Shown: positions 1 through 7,260, counted from the first letter of the stretch. The stretch is 64,000 nt of DNA from Pseudomonadota bacterium (GCA_039819405.1 JBCBSB010000008.1:451-64450); one strand, 5' to 3'. A program made the numbers and translations. Notes: generated by a model not told the origin, from the sequence alone.

Positions 1-198
1 TAAATGCGAATTGCACAGCGATGATCTGGGTTAAAAGGAAGCCCAAGCTTGCACGCGACATCGCCGCTAGTTCCAAGAGATCTGATTCTGACATCGCGCC
101 CCGCTCCTACTAATCATCATGCTCCTTATCATGGATCGCCGACTTCCGCTAAAGAGGACAACCTGTCATTCAAAAGTCTCACCACCACAGGCGGCTAA

Positions 199-326
199 GG
201 GCCAATAGTCGCCTTTGGCCCATGCGAATCAGATTTGTCGCCGCCCCACCCTATCGCTTGCGTTTGTTGAGATGCGCGGGCGACGCGAGCAGGGTTTCGG
301 CGTCTTCTCTGGATAGTCTCACGGCG
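199..326. repeat. 128-bp direct repeat, copy 1 (att-like or gene-3'-end remnant)
   Basis: Near-identical to 1270..1397, with about 5 mismatches by eye. Starts with the hairpin gggccaa-N8-ttggccc. The minus strand reads ...RLSREDAETLLASPAHLNKRKR* with no plausible start codon. Confidence 0.85.
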
Positions 327-457
327 CCCGCCATGATCGCGGAGACGACGATATCCAGAAAGCCGTCGCCGGGCCAGGTCGCGCCGTCTGACTGTTACTC
401 GCCAAAAGCGGACATTCGCAGAACGTGATAATCTCTGTCTGATTCGGAGGAGATCTT

Positions 458-1195
458 ATGCTGCTGCGCCGAGTGATAGAACATGTCAAAGCTCAGAATT
501 GGGCAGCTGTTTTTCTCGACTTCATTATCGTTGTCGTCGGAATTCTGATCGCGTTTCAGATCACCAACTGGAACGCGGCGCTTCAAGATCGCCGCGACGA
601 GCAGCGCTATCTTGCAGAACTTGCCGTCAATCTTGAGGCTGATCTAGCCCAAGTCCGGGCCGGACAGGAGGCTTCGCTACAACGCGTTGCGGCGGCCGAA
701 GCCATTCTGGCCGAAGCCGCGCCAGACTATGAAAGGCCGCGATTCTTTCCGCAGATTGATCGTGATCTGCCGTCTCCTGGGTCGTTTCACGATTATCCTT
801 ACGCCACGCTTACCGCGTACTTCTTCATGGTCAGCTCAAGCAGCACGTTTGAAGAATTGATCCAGACGGGCAACATCAGCGTTATTTCAAACCGGTCGCT
901 GGTGAAAGAGTTGACCGGCTATTATGACCGCCTGGATCGCCAGCGCGGGAACGACAATCTCATGCTGACCCAGGCAGAGGGCATGCTCGATTGGGCGCGC
1001 GAAAATGGTGTCGGCATGGCAGACCGGGCAAGCTTGGAGGACACCATCGACATGGCGAAGGCAGATAAAACGTTTCTCGGTTTCGTGAAAATGGCAAGAT
1101 TTCTCGCCTACTTTCAATACACCCGTCTCCTGGGTGTAGAAACGAACACCAAGACGCTTCTTGCCGCCGTCGAATCAGAACTGGAGGCGCGCTGA
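458..1195 (+). CDS. Membrane-anchored hypothetical protein (DUF6090-like N-terminus)
   Basis: ATG at 458 preceded by ggagga. The N-terminal helix FLDFIIVVVGILIAFQITNWN matches the signature I recall for DUF6090 proteins. Bracketed by the two 128-bp repeats. Confidence 0.6.
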   Translation: MLLRRVIEHVKAQNWAAVFLDFIIVVVGILIAFQITNWNAALQDRRDEQRYLAELAVNLEADLAQVRAGQEASLQRVAAAEAILAEAAPDYERPRFFPQIDRDLPSPGSFHDYPYATLTAYFFMVSSSSTFEELIQTGNISVISNRSLVKELTGYYDRLDRQRGNDNLMLTQAEGMLDWARENGVGMADRASLEDTIDMAKADKTFLGFVKMARFLAYFQYTRLLGVETNTKTLLAAVESELEAR

Positions 1196-1269
1196 CTATC
1201 CTCCGGCAAACCATCGAACATTCCAATACCCAAAACTAAACGCTCGTGTATGCCTCTTGTGACTGATTC

Positions 1270-1397
1270 GGGCCAATAGTCGCCTTTGGCCCATGCGAAT
1301 CAGATTTGTCGCCGCCCCACCCTATCGCTTGCGTTTGTTGAGATGCGCGGGCGACGCCAGCAGGGTTTCGGCGTCTTTGCTGGATAGTCTTGCGGCG
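1270..1397. repeat. 128-bp direct repeat, copy 2
   Basis: Aligns base-for-base with 199..326. The minus strand reads ...RLSSKDAETLLASPAHLNKRKR*. Confidence 0.85.
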
Positions 1398-1543
1398 TTG
1401 GGGAAGCGGCCTTCATAACTGTCTTCATTAAGCAGGACGCATTTTTATAGACGGAAGCAACCAGCCCTTGCGGTTGAAAGAGGTGAATAAAGCAGTGCTA
1501 GCGTAGAAGACGGATTTCTTTGTTTATCCATTAGCATCAATTC

Positions 1544-2188
1544 ATGTCGAGAGGTTTTCTTATGCCAGATAGTCCGTATGGATACACCGACCATGGCGGA
1601 ACACCGCATTGCAATAATTGCGGGTTTCCAATGGGAGCGTGCTCATGTGAGAGCGGCAACAAAACACGTGAGAGCGGCAACAAAATCTGCTTTCCTGCAT
1701 CTGCGGAAGTGCTCACGCCAAATGGAACAAGGCTTATCGCAGAGCTTGTAGCGGGAAATGATGTATATGCTTTTGGTCAAGATGGCCGTATTGGCGTACA
1801 ATCGATTATTCGCCGAAAAGACTACCCCAAGACAAATATTTTAAGCATTCACGCTGATAACGGCGCTCCGGTTCGAGTCACTGCCAGCCACTCTATTCTA
1901 ACTGAGAAAGGATGGAAAAGGGTCGGTAACCTTAAGCCGGGTGACGTGTTTTTCGAATATTATGACGGGACATTGGCGCCCAGAGTCGTAAGACACTTCA
2001 CTCGAGAGGCAACTCCCGAAACCGTCCACAACTTGATTGTGTCTAATTGCTATACTTTTGTGGTACGTGGCTGCATTGCTCATAGCTTTACTTATTTCAG
2101 GAGCCCTCGAATGTTTCTCTCCAGGGTCGTTCAAGCTAGTGCGAAGCTCGTTTCGGCTCAGTCGCAACCAACACAGGCGACAACTTAG
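1544..2188 (+). CDS. Stand-alone Hint (Hedgehog/intein-like, BIL-type) domain protein with Cys-rich leader
   Basis: C49 begins block A (CFPASAEVLTPNG). TASH (T113-H116) is the TxxH block B. The C-terminal blocks are VHNLIVSNCYTFVVRGCIAH|S. The domain is about 132 aa. An alternative ATG at 1562 has a gagagg RBS. Confidence 0.75.
   Translation: MSRGFLMPDSPYGYTDHGGTPHCNNCGFPMGACSCESGNKTRESGNKICFPASAEVLTPNGTRLIAELVAGNDVYAFGQDGRIGVQSIIRRKDYPKTNILSIHADNGAPVRVTASHSILTEKGWKRVGNLKPGDVFFEYYDGTLAPRVVRHFTREATPETVHNLIVSNCYTFVVRGCIAHSFTYFRSPRMFLSRVVQASAKLVSAQSQPTQATT
1647..1688 (+). repeat. Perfect 2 x 21-bp in-frame tandem repeat immediately before the Hint Cys1 codon
   Basis: gtgagagcggcaacaaaa occurs at 1647 and again at 1668. 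It encodes ESGNKTR-ESGNKI and ends at the Cys1 codon (1688). Confidence 0.9.
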
Positions 2189-2287
2189 CCTCCGGGCAAG
2201 CGACACGCCGCTTGCCAGCTATGCGGGATCACTCAGGTTTGTCTCCGGTCAGGCAGGTCGTTTGCGTATCGGGCGCCTCATCTAACC

Positions 2288-2387
2288 GCTCATTCCCGCG
2301 CAGGCGGGAATCCAGATATACATAATAAGCCGAGCTTCGCTCGTCATTTTTCGTTTGATGGATCCCCGCCTGCGCGGGGATGAGCGG
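2288..2387. repeat. REP/MITE-like paired palindromic element (family copy A)
   Basis: gctcattcccgcgcaggcgggaatccag ... tggatccccgcctgcgcggggatgagcgg. Each arm is itself a hairpin, and the two arms are inverted relative to each other. Confidence 0.8.
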
Positions 2388-2413
2388 GGGTAAGATTTAT
2401 GCAACTAGCACCT

Positions 2414-2476
2414 ACCCTATCACCCGCGCTCATTGAGATGCGTTGCGAGCGCAAGCAAGGTTTCGGCGTCTTTTTC
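2414..2476. repeat. Diverged third copy of the distal part of the 128-bp repeat
   Basis: accctatcacccgcgctcattgagatgcgttgcgagcgcaagcaaggtttcggcgtc aligns with 248..310 at roughly three quarters identity by eye. The minus strand reads TEKDAETLLALATHLNERG*. Confidence 0.6.
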
Positions 2477-2478
2477 TG

Positions 2479-2883
2479 TCAGCGTTTTGCCGCAATGGCA
2501 AAGACTGCGCCGCAAAGAATAGCCGCGATCCAGATATTGCGCTGAGGGCTGCGGGGCGCATTGCCAAGTAATTCTTCAATGAAGTCTTCGCAATTATAAG
2601 CGAGGCTATACTGACGCTTCGCCCTCAGCTCATGCGCGCGAAATAACAGTTCATCAACTGAGTAATTAGACCAAGCGCCATGTTCAATGTCAGCTTGCTT
2701 CCCGCAAATTGCATCCGCCAACGGCTCAATAACAATGTTTCTTACAGGGTCCATATGGACGGCCCATACGCCGTTTAGCACCAAAATTTTGTGCTTCACC
2801 ACCCCCTTAAGAACTGAGTAAATCTGACAATATGCAAAATTCATAACTTCTAATACCATGCTTGATTCGTTGAACTTGACCAC
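2479..2883 (-). CDS. LRAT/PLAAT-like (NlpC/P60 superfamily) enzyme with C-terminal membrane anchor
   Basis: H31-x11-H43 (HKILVLNGVWAVH) plus YNCEDF (C98) reproduces the LRAT H-H-C pattern and the NCEHF motif. The C-terminal helix is IWIAAILCGAVFAIA. Start is GTG 2883, or ATG at 2859 or 2844. Confidence 0.6.
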   Translation of the reverse strand: MVKFNESSMVLEVMNFAYCQIYSVLKGVVKHKILVLNGVWAVHMDPVRNIVIEPLADAICGKQADIEHGAWSNYSVDELLFRAHELRAKRQYSLAYNCEDFIEELLGNAPRSPQRNIWIAAILCGAVFAIAAKR

Positions 2884-2887
2884 GATA

Positions 2888-2899
2888 GGTTAATTAACC
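2888..2899. promoter_or_regulatory. Perfect 12-bp palindrome in the 39-bp divergent intergenic region (candidate operator)
   Basis: ggttaattaacc is self-complementary and lies between the LRAT-like gene (-) and the HTH gene (+). Confidence 0.35.
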
Positions 2900-2922
2900 C
2901 ATAATCGCAAGAAAATTCAGAT

Positions 2923-3306
2923 ATGAATGTTGCAAACCCAAGACCCGCCGCCACCTTCTCGATGTTGGTAGCGCAAATCATCGCGCAACACTGCCGCGAT
3001 AAAGGCATCACCATGGCTGATTTTCATAAGAAAACCGGCATCAGCCAGCCGTCATGGTCGCGCCTTACCCGAGGGCAGACCAGCTTCGACATCGAGCATC
3101 TGAAAACAATTGAACAAAAACTCGGCATAAACATGGATAAGGCTCTAGCCAGTGCAAAACGTCTGGAGATCAAAGCTAAAAAGGAGGGAATAAAGATCAT
3201 CCGCCCATATACAACGCAAAAGAAAGACGATCTCGCAAAGCTTGGCGTAAATATCGTCGCCGTTGCTGTGTTGAGTTTCCTCGCTGTACAAATTCTAAAG
3301 AAATAA
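2923..3306 (+). CDS. XRE-type HTH protein with C-terminal transmembrane anchor
   Basis: The HTH is FHKKTGISQPSWSRLTRGQTSFDIEHLKTIEQKLG. The C-terminal helix is VNIVAVAVLSFLAVQIL. ATG at 2923. Confidence 0.6.
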   Translation: MNVANPRPAATFSMLVAQIIAQHCRDKGITMADFHKKTGISQPSWSRLTRGQTSFDIEHLKTIEQKLGINMDKALASAKRLEIKAKKEGIKIIRPYTTQKKDDLAKLGVNIVAVAVLSFLAVQILKK

Positions 3307-3412
3307 ATTTTATCGCGCCCGCCATTTTTCAGTTTATGAACGCTGTATCGCAAACGACAGTTTGTATGTGTCGAAAGTCAAGTGAATCGCACATCGGAAT
3401 AAGTTATTTAAC

Positions 3413-3442
3413 CGCGCATCCCCGCGAAAACGGGGGCCCATC
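3413..3442. repeat. Solo, degenerate arm of the REP family
   Basis: cgcgcatccccgcgaaaacgggggcccatc resembles a single arm of the paired elements. Confidence 0.5.
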
Positions 3443-3635
3443 TAAAGAAAAGCGACTGGCTAGAAATCGCCTGACAAGTGGAAGTTTGACTTCCAAAATT
3501 AGATACCCATTTGCGATTCGGCGTCGTTCATAGTTTGTCAAAAACAACAACAAGCGACTAGAAATGAAAATTATTGGAAAGATATAAGCATGGACTTATG
3601 ATGGTCAGCGTTAAGCAAAAAGATCGGTTCAAAGT

Positions 3636-4832
3636 GTGAATTACCTCAAACCGCATACGATTGACGACATACTTGAAATGCAGCGTCGCGGCGACGAAGA
3701 GGGGGCAACGCTCGAATACAAGTCATCACGCATCTTTAGTCAAAAGAATGAAAAGATTTTTGAATCTCTATCGAGAGAAATTACCGCATTTGCCAATGCG
3801 ATTGGCGGGGTTTTGATCATTGGTGTTGAAGACCAAGAGCGCCGGATCGCAGACATCGTGCCTATTACTGATTCAACAAAGCACGAGTCATGGCTTGAGG
3901 ATGGCTTGCTAGCGTGTATTTCGCCAAGTCTTCAGATTTCGATTGACCGGATTGACGCGGAAAATGGGCACATCCTTGTTATTGATGTGCCTCCTTCACG
4001 AAATGCGCCGCATCAGGCTGCCGATAAGCGCTTTTATGCGCGACGTTTATTTCGTGTTGATCCGCTGCTCACCTATGAAGTGGATGATATCCGGAGAAGA
4101 GTCGCCAGTTCTCCGAACGGAGCAAGCCTCTCAATAATATTTCAGAGCGGCAGCGTATCTTTTTCGATCAAGAATGAGGGAATTGGGCCGATATTTGATG
4201 TTTCAGTTCAGATCGAGGGCGTTGAAAATACCACCATTGCTCAACAATGGACACCAGGGCTGGGCCGACCTTACACTGAACCTTTCAAGATTATTCATTC
4301 TGGCGAGACGAGGTACTTCCTTAGTGCAGGCTTCGAGTTTTTCCAAAAGCACTTGGAAGACCGCATGAATGTTTGCCTTTACTACACTGATGAAGATGAA
4401 AAAAAACATCAGAAGAATTTTACCTACTACCTGCAGGACTTTCATAACACGTTTAGTCCTAATGCTCCTTATAAAGATGTTTTTGAGAAAGGAATAAAAC
4501 AACTGGAAAGAGTCGAGCGGACTATCACCGATTTGGCCAATAATGCGGAATCAATTCAGGATAGTGCTTTTCACCCAACCGGATTGAATTTTTCCAAAAC
4601 GACCCTTGCCGTCTTGTCCAACAGGGCCGAAGTGATGTGGCCAGGAGAATTCCTCTCATACGAAGGCATAGCAGAAGTTCTGGAGATCGATATTGAAACA
4701 GCCCTAAAAATCAAGCGGGAGCTGTTCGGCGCATCACATCATATCGGCGGCGAGAATAAGGCGCTCGAAGAAATCGACTTACCCGATGACATCAAGAAAC
4801 GAATTCGCCAGCGATTGATACTGCCTAACTAG
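3636..4832 (+). CDS. AlbA_2 (Schlafen-like putative nucleic-acid-binding) domain protein with unknown ~250-aa C-terminal region
   Basis: The N-terminus ...GDEEGATLEYKSS...LSREITAFANAIGGVLIIGVED fits the ExxxLEFK...AFAN..GG.L.IGV.D AlbA_2 signature. Start is GTG 3636 or ATG 3678. The gene is AT-rich. Confidence 0.65.
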   Translation: MNYLKPHTIDDILEMQRRGDEEGATLEYKSSRIFSQKNEKIFESLSREITAFANAIGGVLIIGVEDQERRIADIVPITDSTKHESWLEDGLLACISPSLQISIDRIDAENGHILVIDVPPSRNAPHQAADKRFYARRLFRVDPLLTYEVDDIRRRVASSPNGASLSIIFQSGSVSFSIKNEGIGPIFDVSVQIEGVENTTIAQQWTPGLGRPYTEPFKIIHSGETRYFLSAGFEFFQKHLEDRMNVCLYYTDEDEKKHQKNFTYYLQDFHNTFSPNAPYKDVFEKGIKQLERVERTITDLANNAESIQDSAFHPTGLNFSKTTLAVLSNRAEVMWPGEFLSYEGIAEVLEIDIETALKIKRELFGASHHIGGENKALEEIDLPDDIKKRIRQRLILPN

Positions 4833-4911
4833 AGGGCAGGGCTAAACCAAACTGCACCCCACTAGTCTAATCTACACAGAACTAGCAATGTAATCCAGTG
4901 CGCGGCTTCAA

Positions 4912-5163
4912 TCAGCTCGGCTTTCGGTCAAGCAAATCGCCAGCGCTGCATTTGAGCCTTTTGCAAAGGCGCTGCAGCGTATCAATGGTGACGTTCTGGA
5001 TGCCCTGTTCGATTCTATTAATCGTCGCCTGATTGACGCCGACTTTCAGCGCGAAGGCCGTTTGGGTCATCTTACCGCGTCGCGCGCGGATATTTTCAGC
5101 CAGATTTTTTCGAAAGTCAGCCACGAGCCGGAAAATGGCATTGATTGTTATGCACATGTGCAT
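4912..5163 (-). CDS. Small XRE-family HTH regulator (83 aa)
   Basis: Only the last 83 codons of ORF 4912..5661 look real: NIRARRGKMTQTAFALKVGVNQATINRIEQG is a canonical XRE HTH. ATG (MHM...) at 5163. The upstream part of the ORF is antisense to the next gene. Confidence 0.6.
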   Translation of the reverse strand: MHMCITINAIFRLVADFRKNLAENIRARRGKMTQTAFALKVGVNQATINRIEQGIQNVTIDTLQRLCKRLKCSAGDLLDRKPS

Positions 5164-5166
5164 AAT

Positions 5167-6372
5167 ATGCAGTTGCGCATAATCGAGAGGCGGCTTGTGA
5201 CCATCCAGACGCTGACGCAGGAGCGCAAACCCCCGCCCGCCGCAGCGGCGGAGCATTGCGTCATTTATGACGAGGCCAATATCGACCGGCTCGACCGCGC
5301 GGCGATCTGGAACCTGACGGGGCCGCAGATCGCCTATCTCCAGGGGCTTATTAAAAACGGCCCGCGGCGCTACATCGCCAATGCGCCCCGCGATGCCCGC
5401 CAGCGCCTGATCGTTTATCGCGGCTGCGCCCTGCCCTTCACCGTCACGTCCCGTGAGGAACGGGTGTTCTGCGTCTCGCCCAAGACCTGCTGGTTCGATT
5501 ATCCGCGCCTTCTTTATCGCAACAGCGCCGGGCGGGCCCGCGCGCCGGTTTTGAATTTTCTGTTGGGCGCGGCGCGCCGCCTCGCGCGATTTGAAAAGAC
5601 CGTGACGCTCAACAACTGGTGGCTGACCAATAACCCGACGCCGGCATTCTCGCCCGCGCACTTACGCGCCTTCACCGATCATCTGACTGCGCTCTACCCG
5701 GAGCATCTGATCGTTCTCAAAAGCCTCCCCGAAACCGACCCCACCGGCGTCATCGACGCGGTGCGCGCAGCCGGCTATGCGCTGGTCAAGTTCCGCTTCA
5801 TGCATTTTCGCGAGGCCACAGCCAAACGCACCAAGGCGTTCCGTTACGACCAGAAACTGTTGAAGACGACGGGGTTCGCGACGCGCTATCTGACGCACAT
5901 GAGCGGGCGCGAAGCGGAACAATGCGAAGCGCTCTATCAGAACCTTTACATCGGCAAGCACACCGACATGAACACCGCGCTGAACCGGCGCTGGATGGCG
6001 CTTGCGTGCAACACGCGCTTTCTTGATTTTTTCACGATCGAAGACGGCGAGGCGATCAAGGGCTTCGTCGTTTCCTATGCCGACGCCAACGGCGTCAATG
6101 TCGGGACCTGCGGCTATGATCTGTCGGCGCCGCAAGAGGCCGGGCTCTACCGCATGATCGTCGGCTCGGTCTTTCGCAAAGGGCTGGAGGAAGGCAAGAC
6201 CGTCAATCTCAGCACCAGCGTCCCCGATTTCAAACGCCGGCGCGGCTGTCATCGCGTCATCGAATATGAAGCGGTCTACGCCGGGCATCTGCCTTTCGCG
6301 ACGCGGGTGTCCCTTCGCCTGTTCGCGAAATTTTATAACAGCAAGCCCATGGACAGGATGCGCTGCGCGTGA
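5167..6372 (+). CDS. Hypothetical protein, possibly a GNAT-fold/FemAB-like acyltransferase
   Basis: Long ORF with high-GC codon usage. The C-terminal DFKRRRGC...EYEAVY resembles the (E/D)YK.R.G motif of Acetyltransf_6/FemAB-like families. The start is uncertain (ATG 5167 is the first in-frame candidate). Confidence 0.4.
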   Translation: MQLRIIERRLVTIQTLTQERKPPPAAAAEHCVIYDEANIDRLDRAAIWNLTGPQIAYLQGLIKNGPRRYIANAPRDARQRLIVYRGCALPFTVTSREERVFCVSPKTCWFDYPRLLYRNSAGRARAPVLNFLLGAARRLARFEKTVTLNNWWLTNNPTPAFSPAHLRAFTDHLTALYPEHLIVLKSLPETDPTGVIDAVRAAGYALVKFRFMHFREATAKRTKAFRYDQKLLKTTGFATRYLTHMSGREAEQCEALYQNLYIGKHTDMNTALNRRWMALACNTRFLDFFTIEDGEAIKGFVVSYADANGVNVGTCGYDLSAPQEAGLYRMIVGSVFRKGLEEGKTVNLSTSVPDFKRRRGCHRVIEYEAVYAGHLPFATRVSLRLFAKFYNSKPMDRMRCA

Positions 6373-6403
6373 CGCGCGGCGAGGGCCCAAGCTCAATACA
6401 CCG

Positions 6404-7021
6404 TCAGGACCCGGCGGCGTAGGTTTTCAAAAACATCTCGACGGCGCCATTGGCGGCGCGTTCGATCTCGGCCTTGGAGAAATTCTTCTTGATACAGAAC
6501 AGACGCTTGAAAAAAAGATCGCTTCGGCCCAGCTGGATGAACTGGTTCGCCGCCAGGTCGATATCGTCAATGACCAGTTCTCCGCGGGCGACCGCCGCGG
6601 CGAGCAACTGCGACAACCGGCGATGGCCGATATCCGGACCGGAATCGTAAAAGGCGCGCGCCAGTTCCGGAAAACGCTCCGCTTCCGCGACGACAACCCT
6701 GAAAATTCCTTGCATGAAGGGCGAGATCATCAGTTCGATGTAGTTATATGCGATTGCCTGCAGCGCTTCGTCTATATTTTGAGGGGCGGCGTCGACATTG
6801 AAAATAAGCCGCGCCTGTTCCCGGCACTGATCTTCCACAAAGGCGGCGAACAAGGTCCGCTTGTCCGGGAAATAGTTATAGAGCGTGCCTTTCGAGACGC
6901 CGGCGCGGCGCGCGATCGCATCGGTGCTCGCGCCCTCGTAGCCCATCTCAAGAAAGGCGTCCTTCGCGCCATCGAGGATTTGCCGCGCCTTCGGGCCCTC
7001 AAGGTCGATTGTTGCTGACAT
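6404..7021 (-). CDS. TetR/AcrR family transcriptional regulator
   Basis: ILDGAKDAFLEMGYEGASTDAIARRAGVSKGTLYNYFPDK is a canonical TetR N-terminal HTH. ATG (MSATIDL) at 7021. Confidence 0.85.
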   Translation of the reverse strand: MSATIDLEGPKARQILDGAKDAFLEMGYEGASTDAIARRAGVSKGTLYNYFPDKRTLFAAFVEDQCREQARLIFNVDAAPQNIDEALQAIAYNYIELMISPFMQGIFRVVVAEAERFPELARAFYDSGPDIGHRRLSQLLAAAVARGELVIDDIDLAANQFIQLGRSDLFFKRLFCIKKNFSKAEIERAANGAVEMFLKTYAAGS

Positions 7022-7102
7022 TTTTATCAGACTCCATTTTTTCAACAAAACCGTTCGGTCACTATTGACTCCATAAGCCTTGTTTGTCAATTATCTCAAA
7101 AC

Positions 7103-7121
7103 TGACCGAACTGTTCGGTCA
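7103..7121. promoter_or_regulatory. Perfect 9-1-9 palindrome, candidate TetR operator
   Basis: tgaccgaac-t-gttcggtca lies in the tetR/osmC-like divergent intergenic region. A degenerate second copy ending in gttcggtca lies at about 7041..7060. Confidence 0.5.
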
Positions 7122-7260
7122 TTAATAGAAGGAAACGCCCCCGAGCGACGCCGCCGCCCTCCCCAGGCGCTCGCGTCGCCAAAAAGCCGGTCCCGCTGAC
7201 GCCCTGCCCCCCAACAGCGGGACCGGCTGCCTTTCCCAAGCACGCAGGAAGAAAAAGGAG

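Noticed and set aside
1-94. Possible 5' end of a minus-strand gene running off the left edge (MSESDLLELAAMSRASLGFLLTQIIAVQFAF...)
   Set aside because: Only about 31 codons are visible, which is too short to support a call.
222-428. 68-aa plus-strand ORF spanning repeat copy 1
   Set aside because: It is generated by the repeat sequence itself. The second copy does not keep the frame, and there is no RBS.
1544-2188. Interpretation as a classical intein inside a host gene
   Set aside because: The flanks are only 48 aa and 34 aa, there is no recognisable host protein, and the terminal Asn is absent. A stand-alone BIL/Hint protein is the better reading.
4912-5661. The full 249-aa minus-strand ORF as one protein
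   Set aside because: Only the last 83 codons encode a recognisable XRE HTH. The upstream 166 codons are Arg/Ala/Gly/Pro-rich and lie antisense to the 5167..6372 gene, which is typical of a high-GC shadow frame.
4912-6372. HTH + GNAT-like pair as a GNAT-toxin type II TA module
   Set aside because: GNAT toxins are about 170 aa and co-directional with an RHH/DUF1778 antitoxin. Here the large gene is about 400 aa and divergent.
5662-6396. 244-aa minus-strand ORF
   Set aside because: It is entirely antisense to the longer plus-strand ORF, its composition is Arg/Ala/Gly-rich, and it has no motif.
6266-7018. 250-aa plus-strand ORF
   Set aside because: It is antisense to the clearly recognisable TetR gene.
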